Origin: a virus
Lineage: Duplodnaviria > Caudoviricetes
Length of the DNA stretch: 64,000 nt
Virus record (IMG/VR): IMGVR_UViG_2791355104_000001
Strand: one strand, 5' to 3'
The position numbers and the translations under genes are program-made. Below the pieces are notes generated by a model. The model saw only the letters and a list, made by a program, of their open reading frames with translations, had not been told where the DNA came from and made no database searches. Of the stretch, positions 52,550-61,972 are shown in pieces (position 1 is the stretch's first letter; each line of letters starts with the position of its first letter).

Positions 52550-55500
52550 ATGACGGACTATAGTAAAGCGAGACAGAGCTTAGTTAGCTGGGTAAAAGAT
52601 ACACTAACGGGCAATGTTTTGAAGGATAACACCTTATGGGAGTCTAATCCTTTTAATTGCTATACAACCGGAATTCTCTACCCAGTGGGTACAGTTTATG
52701 AATCAGATGACGATGAGCAGTCTGAAGATGAAGACAGTGAAGCCTCAATGGCAAGCGGTGCTAAAAGAGTCCGCTATCAACCCCCATCTTCTATGGGCTT
52801 TTCTTTTTATGTAGATCAAACAACTCAATCAATCCGTGTTTTTTATAGCGGTTTCTCCTTTACTAAAGCTGGAAAACAAAACAACCGTCAGGCGTGGGAG
52901 AAAAATTCACTGGTCCCTGATGAGGGAGAAGAAATAGAGATAGCCCTAGCTGAATCTTCACGCTTCACTGTAATGAACTCAAGAGCCCTTGTAAATGTAA
53001 AGATAAGGCCCCACGGAACAGGAAAAATAGTCACTGTTTCATTGAGCAATATCAGCTCCCAACCAAAGGAAGAAAAAGAATCGGAAAGAGATGCGACAGC
53101 GAAAAATTCGATTTTTCAAGCTGAGCTTAAGTGTTTCATAAGTAGTGATTCTCTCAAAGATTACCCTAGGGTTAGCCATGCATTACTGAGTGAAGAAGAG
53201 CAAGAGTTAGAGCTACGTTATAAAGATGAACGCGTATATGCAATTGGTCATGGTGTTGCAGTAGATTGGCGAGTAGGGGAGAAAACGACAGAGTTTTTTA
53301 GTGACTTCATGCCAACCGTCGAAGTTCCACAGGTTACTGCCAACGCAGGTAAAGCTAACAAAGTACTAAGCTTTTCATTCTTAGAGTCTATCGAGTCTGA
53401 TAGGTCGGTTTTTAACCAGTTGAGCGACTTTATCGATAACTACGAAGACTGGATAGATAGTCAAATTGAATCAGCAGAAACAGGAACAAGTGAAGAGGTA
53501 AAGGTCGCTAAGCGCATTGTTGAGCGTATGGAAGAAGCTAAACAGCGTATGAGAAGCGGTGTATCGAGATTACGTAACGATGACTACGCTCAAAAAGCAT
53601 TTGCGCAAGCAAATAAAGCAATGCTTATGCAAATGGAGCTAAATGGCCCACCAAAGAATGGCGAACCTTATTCGTGGCGGCCATTCCAGTTAGCATTTGT
53701 TTTGTTAGCGCTTGAGTCCTCCATTGATGAAGATAATGACTTTAGAGACTGTGTTGACTTGATATGGTTTCCAACCGGTGGGGGAAAGACTGAAGCATAC
53801 TTAGGCGTCATGGCGTTGGTTTTTGTTTACCGTCGTCTCAGGTACAAAAATAGCGGTGGAGGCACTGCCGCTATTATGCGCTACACGTTGCGATTACTAA
53901 CATCACAACAATTCATTCGCGCATGTAAAGTAGTATCTGCTTTAGAAATTATGCGAACAGAGTCAGGTGAGTTAGGCGAAGAGCCTTTTAGTGTAGGTCT
54001 TTGGCTTGGCAGTGCTTCATCACCGAATACCTTCAAGCAATCTTTAGAAGTTCTAGATAATCGGAACTATAGCAAGTTTGTTCTACAGGAATGCCCGTGG
54101 TGCTCTACACCATTCTCACATGATAATTTCAGCATTTCAGAAAGCAGCTTCTCATTTAAGTGTCACCACAAAGGTTGCGAATTAGCCAACGCTACAGGAA
54201 ATACTCTTCCTTTCAAAGTGGTCGATGAAGCGCTGTATGCTTCACCGCCAACCCTCCTTATTGCAACGGTAGACAAGTTTGCTCGACTACCTTGGGAAGA
54301 CAGAGCTGTTTCCTTTTTTGGCGGAGCAATAAATAGGCCGCCAGAATTAGTAATTCAGGATGAGCTACATCTTATTTCTGGGGCGCTCGGGTCTATAGTA
54401 GGTTTATATGAAGTTGGTTTTGAAACCATCTTGGTATCGCGAGGTGTTTATCCAAAATTCATAGCCTCTACAGCGACAATCAGACAAGCCAAAGAACAGG
54501 TGCAAGCCTTATTCGGAAGGGAGAAGTCGGCTGTGTTTCCTCCTGTAGGAATTAGGCAGAAGGATTCTTATTTTGCAAAAGAAGTTCCCATAGCAGAAAA
54601 GCCTGGAAGGCTTTACGTGGGATATATGGCATTCGGGCAAACGCGCACTAGCTGTCTTGAGCATCTGGCTGCTGCACTTGTATCAGCACCTAACGCCTGC
54701 TTTGAAGATCCTGAACTTAAAGACGCATGGTGGACCCAAATGGTCTATCACGGCAGCTTAAAAGGCGTGGGAAACAGCAGGACGAACTTTCAAAGTGGTG
54801 TACCAAAAGTTCAAAGTAGCATGTTGTTCAACGAATTTATGAAGCAACTTGAGCAAACAGATCTCTCTGCTGCGAATAGCTTAAGACATGATAAGGGCGC
54901 CAGAAGTAGCGCGTTTTTTAACGGTGTAGTTCCAAAAACTTTGCTAGGCAATAAAGACAATGTGGAGCTCTTTCAACGATTCTTTCCCGCTAGGCAGTTG
55001 AGGGTGAAGTCGTTGACTAGCAACCAAACAGCAGAAGAGAATGCTCAAGTTTTCCAAGATCTCAAAGCAAGTTATGAAAACAAAGCACATTCTATAGATT
55101 CTGTATTAGCTACAAATATGGTGTCGGTAGGCTTAGATGAACCAAGGCTAGCGTTAATGGTAATAAATGGCCAGCCTTTGACGACAGCCGAATATATTCA
55201 GGCCAGCAGTCGCGTAGGTAGAGGCAATACACCAGGAATTGTTTTCACAAACTATTATAAAACCCAAGCCCGAAGTCTCTCTCATTATGAAAATTTTAGG
55301 GCTTACCATAAGTCGTTTTATCGTTATGTAGAGCCATCAAGCATTACTCCTTTTACACATCAAGTTAGAAAAAGAGCACTTCATGCGTCTTTAGTATCGG
55401 CATTTCGACATGCCGAAGGTGGCTTACTAAAAAACTCTGATGCGCAAGAACTTACTTATGATAACCCCTTAACACAAAAAATTATTCGATTGATGAAAAC

Positions 55501-55774
55501 TAGAATTAAAAGTGCATTAGTGGGGGATAAAACCGAAACAAAACTATTGTTGGAAGAGTGCGAGGAGCACATCGCTCGTCTTATTCGCGAATGGGATAAA
55601 GAGGCATCTTCAGCAACGAACTTAAGATACCTCGCTAAGGACAAGTCTGCTGAAAGTTTATTGGTGTCTTTTGATGATGCTAAAACCAAAACTGGGCTTT
55701 GGGAGACGTTAAACTCCATGAGAAATGTAGAAAAAACAGGTCTCTTTGAGGTGGATGGGGGGCTTGATTTTTGA
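52550..55774 (+). CDS. drmA: DrmA-like SF2 helicase
   Basis: WFPTGGGKTEAYLG, TVDKFA, QDELHLISG, ATNMVSVGLD, EYIQASSRVGR. Confidence 0.9.
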   Translation: MTDYSKARQSLVSWVKDTLTGNVLKDNTLWESNPFNCYTTGILYPVGTVYESDDDEQSEDEDSEASMASGAKRVRYQPPSSMGFSFYVDQTTQSIRVFYSGFSFTKAGKQNNRQAWEKNSLVPDEGEEIEIALAESSRFTVMNSRALVNVKIRPHGTGKIVTVSLSNISSQPKEEKESERDATAKNSIFQAELKCFISSDSLKDYPRVSHALLSEEEQELELRYKDERVYAIGHGVAVDWRVGEKTTEFFSDFMPTVEVPQVTANAGKANKVLSFSFLESIESDRSVFNQLSDFIDNYEDWIDSQIESAETGTSEEVKVAKRIVERMEEAKQRMRSGVSRLRNDDYAQKAFAQANKAMLMQMELNGPPKNGEPYSWRPFQLAFVLLALESSIDEDNDFRDCVDLIWFPTGGGKTEAYLGVMALVFVYRRLRYKNSGGGTAAIMRYTLRLLTSQQFIRACKVVSALEIMRTESGELGEEPFSVGLWLGSASSPNTFKQSLEVLDNRNYSKFVLQECPWCSTPFSHDNFSISESSFSFKCHHKGCELANATGNTLPFKVVDEALYASPPTLLIATVDKFARLPWEDRAVSFFGGAINRPPELVIQDELHLISGALGSIVGLYEVGFETILVSRGVYPKFIASTATIRQAKEQVQALFGREKSAVFPPVGIRQKDSYFAKEVPIAEKPGRLYVGYMAFGQTRTSCLEHLAAALVSAPNACFEDPELKDAWWTQMVYHGSLKGVGNSRTNFQSGVPKVQSSMLFNEFMKQLEQTDLSAANSLRHDKGARSSAFFNGVVPKTLLGNKDNVELFQRFFPARQLRVKSLTSNQTAEENAQVFQDLKASYENKAHSIDSVLATNMVSVGLDEPRLALMVINGQPLTTAEYIQASSRVGRGNTPGIVFTNYYKTQARSLSHYENFRAYHKSFYRYVEPSSITPFTHQVRKRALHASLVSAFRHAEGGLLKNSDAQELTYDNPLTQKIIRLMKTRIKSALVGDKTETKLLLEECEEHIARLIREWDKEASSATNLRYLAKDKSAESLLVSFDDAKTKTGLWETLNSMRNVEKTGLFEVDGGLDF

Positions 55775-57615
55775 AAAGCAAACAATGGTTTACGCCTGTA
55801 AGGTTTTCTCACCTGACAGGGCACGCTGGTGTAGGTTCAATTGTAAGAGATCAAAATGACTATCTACTGTTTGTTAAAGACACATCGACTTGGCCTATAA
55901 AAAATTTAACCAAACTTCACGCGGTTGAAAGAGTAAAACGACATCTGGAAGTATCCAGCAATTTAGTGTTGCCGCCTGAGGCATCGATTGATGAGACCGC
56001 CAACCTAAGGATCTCTGGTGGCGCGATTCCTACAGTACGTTTTCCGAACTGGGCTTTATGTAATTTATGCAACACATTGCATCTCGCACCTTGGAAGAAT
56101 AGCAGTGTTGAAATAAGCCAAAAGCTGAAATGCCCGACGTGTAACAAAGGAACACTGAGTCAGGTGACATGGTGTGCTGTAAGTAGTTATGGTGATTTAA
56201 TTGATGTTCCTTGGCATAAACTCAGTCACCGTAATCCAAAAAACGATGCTCAAACACATTGTCGTTCCAGCTCGAACGAGAGTTACCTAAAGCTAGAGCT
56301 TAATGAAAGAGGGCGATGGGAAGTTCAGTGCAAGAAGTGTGGTGCCAAGAATTCGTTAGAGATGACGGATTTTCAAAGAAATGTACACAAACAGCCTGGT
56401 TATCGTGAACGAAAATCGTTAAATGGCGAGGTGGTTACGTATACCGTTATGGAAGTAAACGATCCACGAGTATTTTCGTCAGTTAGCGAAAGGGCGTTAG
56501 TAATACCGCCAGAGTCAAATATTGACAAAACGTCGTTATTTTTTAGATTAACTCAGCAATCACAGCTGGTTGCTGGCATTAAAGACGCAAAAAGGCCATT
56601 GCAGAAAAAACGAGAAGTTAAGAAAGCGATGAGGGAGCTTAAGTGTTCAGAGGAAGAGCTATTTAGTGCATTGGAAGAAATCGACAGAGGTGATTTAAAG
56701 GATGCAGTAGATTTTAGCAACATTACACCCGATGACATGATGTTTGATGAATTCGAGGCGCTAACTACAATCCAAAAATTCAATAGAAACGCTGACTTTA
56801 TAACCTCTCATTTAACTAGCGAATGGTCTGACTATCTAGGTTCACTGAGTGAAAGCGGTGATATCAGGCCAGAGATAAACGTTATCGACAAGTTAATTGC
56901 CGTAAACCGCCTTAGGGTTATTGAGGTTTATAAAGGTTTTCAACGAGCAGCTAGCGACGCAGAAGATTTTGACCCCACACCAATAGTAGCTCCAGATTTT
57001 ACCGGTAACCTTGACTGGCTACCGGCGATAGAGCTTTTTGGCGAGGGCATGTTTTTCACGCTTAATAATGAAATTATTGAAAAGTGGGAGCAACACCCTC
57101 TCATCAGACAGCGAGCTTTAGAAATAGAAACAAGATATCAAGATTCTGAAATAATATTGCCGGATGAGGCTATCCCCACCCCTAGGTTCATTCTTCTGCA
57201 TACGCTAGCACATGCACTTGTAAGAGAGCTAGAGTCCATAGCGGGCTACCCTGCAGCGTCTTTACAAGAACGAGTTTATAGTTCTGCAGAGAAAAAAATG
57301 GCCGGGGTCCTTATCTACACTGCCGTACCTGACATTGCTGGGTCGCTTGGAGGCATAATCGAGCAGGCAAAACCACGTCGATTTATCAAATTATTGGATT
57401 CTGCATTCAAGCAGCTTGAATGGTGCTCGATGGACCCTGTGTGTGGAGACATGGAAGGGCAAGGGCCTTCTTGGTTAAATCGCGCAGCCTGTCATGGCTG
57501 TGTCCTTTTACCTGACACTTCATGTAGTTACAACAATGTATTTCTAGATAGAGTTTTCATTAAAGGTAAGCCAGATGAAGGTATACCGTCACTGAAGGAG
57601 TTTGTGAAAAAATAA
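55771..57615 (+). CDS. drmB: DrmB-like DUF1998 protein
   Basis: LHTLAHAL, CSMDPVC, AACHGC..LP.TSC..N..LDR cysteine cluster. Confidence 0.9.
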   Translation: MKSKQWFTPVRFSHLTGHAGVGSIVRDQNDYLLFVKDTSTWPIKNLTKLHAVERVKRHLEVSSNLVLPPEASIDETANLRISGGAIPTVRFPNWALCNLCNTLHLAPWKNSSVEISQKLKCPTCNKGTLSQVTWCAVSSYGDLIDVPWHKLSHRNPKNDAQTHCRSSSNESYLKLELNERGRWEVQCKKCGAKNSLEMTDFQRNVHKQPGYRERKSLNGEVVTYTVMEVNDPRVFSSVSERALVIPPESNIDKTSLFFRLTQQSQLVAGIKDAKRPLQKKREVKKAMRELKCSEEELFSALEEIDRGDLKDAVDFSNITPDDMMFDEFEALTTIQKFNRNADFITSHLTSEWSDYLGSLSESGDIRPEINVIDKLIAVNRLRVIEVYKGFQRAASDAEDFDPTPIVAPDFTGNLDWLPAIELFGEGMFFTLNNEIIEKWEQHPLIRQRALEIETRYQDSEIILPDEAIPTPRFILLHTLAHALVRELESIAGYPAASLQERVYSSAEKKMAGVLIYTAVPDIAGSLGGIIEQAKPRRFIKLLDSAFKQLEWCSMDPVCGDMEGQGPSWLNRAACHGCVLLPDTSCSYNNVFLDRVFIKGKPDEGIPSLKEFVKK

Positions 57616-58820
57616 TGGCAGCACGTGTTTTTGAGTTACCCAAAGAGCATGAATTAACAAAAGACCAGAGAATGGCTATTCGACTACCTGCAGATGGGCA
57701 ATATTTGATTGTTGGTGCTCCTGGTACAGGAAAGTCTGTTGTCGCACTTATGCGCCTTAAAAAATACGCGGCAACAAATGAAACGCTATTCTTGTCGTAC
57801 AACCATGTACTCAATCATGCAAATAAAGTACTAGCCGGGCCTGATGAAAACTTTCATATGAATACTGCGATGTCTTGGCTTTATGATTTTCAATACAAAG
57901 CAGCGGGTGGCTCGCAGGCAAATTTTGAACAAGCCAAGATGCCTGAAATTGAAAATCGCAAACCTGATTATGATGCGTTGATTAATCGTTTTGAAGAGCT
58001 AGGCGCATCGTGCACATCAACGAACTTTATTATTGATGAAGGTCAGGATTTACCGCCAGAATGGTACGAAGCAGTCGAGGCACTTAATGTTGAAAATTTC
58101 TTTATTGTTGCCGATCAAAATCAGCAGATTACCGAACAGAACTCATCGCAGTCAGATTTACTTGATGCTTTGGGTCTAGAAAAAGACGACGTAATTCACC
58201 TAAAAGAAAATTGGCGAAACACCACGCCAATTTCTGCCTTTGCTAATTATTTTTATACTGACAAATCAAGTGAAAAGCCAGCGCTTCCGAAAAAACCATC
58301 GGCTCACGTTCCTATCTTGTATGAATACAAGATGCTAGGTAGCGCAAAAGAGCTAATTTTAAGTTCCTATGATAACGACCCCTCAAAGCTGATAGGTTTA
58401 TTTGTTGCTAACGAAGGTAAAAGAGAACATTGGGCAAAATATCTTAAAAATGATAACAAACAAAGACGGGAAGCATCTCCCGTAGTAAGTACCTATTACT
58501 CTAATCAAAAAGGTTCGGTAAACATCGATTTCTCTCAAGGGGGGATTGTTGTTTTAAATGATAAGTCTGTGAAAGGTATAGAGTTTGATGAAGTGTTTAT
58601 TATCATTGACGGTTTTAAAGCAATAGGTAGTGACATCGAGTCGTTAATGAAGCGAATGTATGTCATGGCGTCGCGTGCTCGCGACAGGTTGTTTTTACTA
58701 AAAAGTGAAGTCCAAGAAAGTTTATTTGAAGACATTCTTCCACCCGTAGGCGAAACAATTGAAATTGAGCGAAATGGCCACGTTGAAAAACATGAACTCC
58801 TCAAGAGAATTAAAATATGA
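57615..58820 (+). CDS. Compact SF1 (UvrD-like) ATPase/helicase
   Basis: GAPGTGKS, IIDEGQD, ENWRNT, KGIEFD, SRARDRL. Confidence 0.85.
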   Translation: MAARVFELPKEHELTKDQRMAIRLPADGQYLIVGAPGTGKSVVALMRLKKYAATNETLFLSYNHVLNHANKVLAGPDENFHMNTAMSWLYDFQYKAAGGSQANFEQAKMPEIENRKPDYDALINRFEELGASCTSTNFIIDEGQDLPPEWYEAVEALNVENFFIVADQNQQITEQNSSQSDLLDALGLEKDDVIHLKENWRNTTPISAFANYFYTDKSSEKPALPKKPSAHVPILYEYKMLGSAKELILSSYDNDPSKLIGLFVANEGKREHWAKYLKNDNKQRREASPVVSTYYSNQKGSVNIDFSQGGIVVLNDKSVKGIEFDEVFIIIDGFKAIGSDIESLMKRMYVMASRARDRLFLLKSEVQESLFEDILPPVGETIEIERNGHVEKHELLKRIKI

Positions 58821-60355
58821 GCGCTAACAAATGGTTTTTGGTAACCAATACAGAGAATCTTAAATATTACTTCGACTGTAATATGATGGTCGAGAGACAG
58901 GCGTTTGAAGGTAATGCGTATCTTAGAGATATTCAGGCAGAAAGACCTAAAGGATACATTACCCTTAATGATCAAACCAATCTAACAGACGCGCTTGAGC
59001 TCTCTATTTCGGAAGATCCTAATCTTGAAAGTTGTATAGTTGAAGTAGACCTTAGTGGGCTAGAGTCAGCGAGCGTCTATGGTAGGGTTTCTGAAAAGCA
59101 ATATGAGTTCGGTAGCCTTGACCAGATATTACGTTCTGATGTTGACGAAATTTTAATACCAGCGCCTTTACCTATTGGCATAATAAAAACTGTTTTTCTG
59201 AAAAATGCTAAAGCAAGCGATTTATTAAAAAGCGAGCTTACGCGCCTATATGGCGTACTTCCTCCTAAATACATTACGCAAAATGCCAAACTATTTAAAT
59301 CTGGGAAGCAAGGTAGTTTGCCTTCTGAACTAGACATAGACTCATCAGTAAGCTGCATTAGTTTGAATGAAATTGCTGACATTGCACTAGATTATAAAAA
59401 AGCTGAGGCACTTGGTGGTGCTTTAGCACTGGCATATTACCAAACAAAAAACGGCAGCCTTTCATGTGAACTATTCAAGAAATTTGTAGAACGTTCTGAT
59501 GAGCCTATCAGTGACACTATCATCGCTTTTCAGAACTGGCTAGTTGATGCCAACCATACAAGCGAACTCGATTCTTTCTATAAGAGAGTGCTAGACATAG
59601 CCTCTAGTGAATCTGACTTTGGCACTATTCAGCACGATTTGCTTAATTCGTTTGAAAATAAAGATGGCATACCAGACGCTTATACCAAAGTCGCTGGCCT
59701 TGCTAAGCGGTTAAGGCAACTCGTGGATAGAACATATGAGGGGGACCTAGACACTTACTTCTCCAAGCTTATAAATCATTATGAGAGTGAAGAAGAGGGC
59801 GGCTCAAAACCCTTTTTATTGATATCAATGATTTTTGTACGTGACCACACAGAAACTGCTTTAAAGTTCTATCATGAAAGTTTTACTGAAGAAGATTACT
59901 TTCTAATAGCCGCTTTCTATGGACTTTTTCAGGGTATAAAGCGAGTGCCTGAACGAGTTCGCAGTGTGAGTGGTCTTCGAAATTGGGTGTCGCATCACAT
60001 GGTCGTTTTGTTACATAAAACGACGGGGGCTCGCGTTACTATTCAGAAAGCGCCAGTTCAACCGCCACTGATTTACCAAAAATACATTAAGGATACACCC
60101 AACTCTAAGTTACAAGATAATTTACAGAAGTTTGTTTTATTTATGGGAATGAATGAACAAGAGGTACTTTCTTGGGAGCTAAACACTAAAGAAGAGTATC
60201 GGGTTAAAGGAAGCGCTATTACTTTTTCTACTCGCCCTAAGCTTGTAGCAAAGGTATTGTCTTCAAACTTTGAAAAGTCGATGCGCCATAAAACAATAAA
60301 AGACGCTGATGAATTGTTCGATATGAACGAAGCGCTAGATATATTCAAGGCGTAA
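58817..60355 (+). CDS. Hypothetical protein in helicase operon
   Basis: 512 aa, ATGA-coupled; no motif recognised. Confidence 0.8.
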   Translation: MSANKWFLVTNTENLKYYFDCNMMVERQAFEGNAYLRDIQAERPKGYITLNDQTNLTDALELSISEDPNLESCIVEVDLSGLESASVYGRVSEKQYEFGSLDQILRSDVDEILIPAPLPIGIIKTVFLKNAKASDLLKSELTRLYGVLPPKYITQNAKLFKSGKQGSLPSELDIDSSVSCISLNEIADIALDYKKAEALGGALALAYYQTKNGSLSCELFKKFVERSDEPISDTIIAFQNWLVDANHTSELDSFYKRVLDIASSESDFGTIQHDLLNSFENKDGIPDAYTKVAGLAKRLRQLVDRTYEGDLDTYFSKLINHYESEEEGGSKPFLLISMIFVRDHTETALKFYHESFTEEDYFLIAAFYGLFQGIKRVPERVRSVSGLRNWVSHHMVVLLHKTTGARVTIQKAPVQPPLIYQKYIKDTPNSKLQDNLQKFVLFMGMNEQEVLSWELNTKEEYRVKGSAITFSTRPKLVAKVLSSNFEKSMRHKTIKDADELFDMNEALDIFKA

Positions 60356-60358
60356 AAT

Positions 60359-61930
60359 GTGAAGTTAATACCAGGAAAGCCTCATAACACCACAAGCAAA
60401 GCCGAGTTTAAAGTTTTTGAAAAACTTGCAGACTCTGAATTTGCGGATCATCATCCGATAGGCTTCCATTCACTAATTCTCACTAAACATGATTACAAAA
60501 GGGTTGGCGAGGCTGACTTTGTAATTGTTTCTATTTACGGACTATTTGTCTTAGAAGTTAAAGGCGGCAAGATCTCTTATGTAGATGGTAAGTGGTCTAC
60601 AGAGGGAAGAAATGGCAAAGACCAAATTCAAGACCCTTTCCATCAGGCAAATACTGCCGTACATGCAATAGTTAAGAAAATTGATGATTATTTAGGGGCG
60701 CACAAAGTTCGATTTCCGATTGGGTATGGGGTGGTTTGCCCAGACACGCTCTGGCCTTGTGAGGGTGGAGAGTGGGACAGAGAAATGGTATGCGACAGCC
60801 GTGATTTTAGAAATTTCAATCATTGGCTTAAAGCGTTATTTGACTATTGGACATTAGAAAGACCTAATAACGATCAATTACTCAGCCAAGCTGATGTTGA
60901 CGCCATTGCCGCCTACCTGCGCCCCGATTTTGAAACTATTCAACCGCTTTTTGACCATGTAAAACAAGTAGAGCAGTCATCGGTAAGATTAACCGAAGAA
61001 CAGTATAAATTTGTCGACATTGCTGAGATTAATAAACGCGTAATTTGCCATGGGGGGGCAGGTACAGGTAAAACATTCCTAGCCGCTGAACTATCCAGAA
61101 GGTTTATCGCAAAGGGGCTTAATACGCTTTTCGTCTGCAAATCTTCATGGCTTAGGCATTACTTAACAACGCGCATTCAAAACGACCGTCTAGTGATAGC
61201 AACCATATCATCCGTGGGTAACGCATTACGCCGCTCTGGTCTCGATGCTTTCGACGCACTCATCGTTGATGAGGGGCAAGATTTGCTGAATTTTCAAGAC
61301 TTGCAACTTCTAGACTCATTAATAGCTGGTGGTTTTGATAATGGACAGTGGTATTTTTTTCACGATGCTAATAACCAAGCTAATTTGTTAGATAAATTAG
61401 ACACAGAAGCCTTCAGCTGGTTAAAAAGCAGGAACAACCCAACCCTTCTTCCACTTAGCGTAAATTGCAGAAACACTTCTAATATTCTTAAGTCGGTTCA
61501 AAAAGAACTTACGTGTGATGTGGGTATGCCAACCCTTGCCGATGGCCCCGAAGTTATTGAATATCAGGGTAATGAAAGTGAGCTGGTGGGCAGTCTAGAA
61601 AAACTCATTACTGAACTAGCAAATTCAGAGCTGATGCCGGGCTCAGTTACAATACTCTCACCAATAAGCAAACGAAAGTCGATTATCAAAAAGCTACCTG
61701 CCTCAACACTAGAGCTCATATCAGAACTTGATGACTATGTAGTAAGGAAGTTGCCGTTTGAGGGGATCACCTTTTCGAAAATCCAAGACTTTAAAGGGTT
61801 AGAGAATGATGTGATTATTTTGGTAGATTTAGTACACCCCTCAAAATTAAGTGATGATGAAAGTAAAGCATTGCACTATGTGGGTATGACCAGAGCTAGG
61901 GCAATGCTCTACTGTTTGTGGAGTGAGTGA
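60359..61930 (+). CDS. NERD nuclease fused to SF1 helicase
   Basis: EADFVI..GLFVLEVKGG (NERD), GGAGTGKT, DEGQD, FKGLEND, YVGMTRAR. Confidence 0.88.
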   Translation: MKLIPGKPHNTTSKAEFKVFEKLADSEFADHHPIGFHSLILTKHDYKRVGEADFVIVSIYGLFVLEVKGGKISYVDGKWSTEGRNGKDQIQDPFHQANTAVHAIVKKIDDYLGAHKVRFPIGYGVVCPDTLWPCEGGEWDREMVCDSRDFRNFNHWLKALFDYWTLERPNNDQLLSQADVDAIAAYLRPDFETIQPLFDHVKQVEQSSVRLTEEQYKFVDIAEINKRVICHGGAGTGKTFLAAELSRRFIAKGLNTLFVCKSSWLRHYLTTRIQNDRLVIATISSVGNALRRSGLDAFDALIVDEGQDLLNFQDLQLLDSLIAGGFDNGQWYFFHDANNQANLLDKLDTEAFSWLKSRNNPTLLPLSVNCRNTSNILKSVQKELTCDVGMPTLADGPEVIEYQGNESELVGSLEKLITELANSELMPGSVTILSPISKRKSIIKKLPASTLELISELDDYVVRKLPFEGITFSKIQDFKGLENDVIILVDLVHPSKLSDDESKALHYVGMTRARAMLYCLWSE

Positions 61931-61972
61931 CAACAGCAATTTAATTTTAAATCGCACTCGAAGGGTTTGACG

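Noticed and set aside
7106-61140. Numerous 60-150 aa ORFs antisense or out of frame within long genes
   Set aside because: No RBS, coupling or motif support; only the zinc-ribbon ORF at 4720-4923 met those tests
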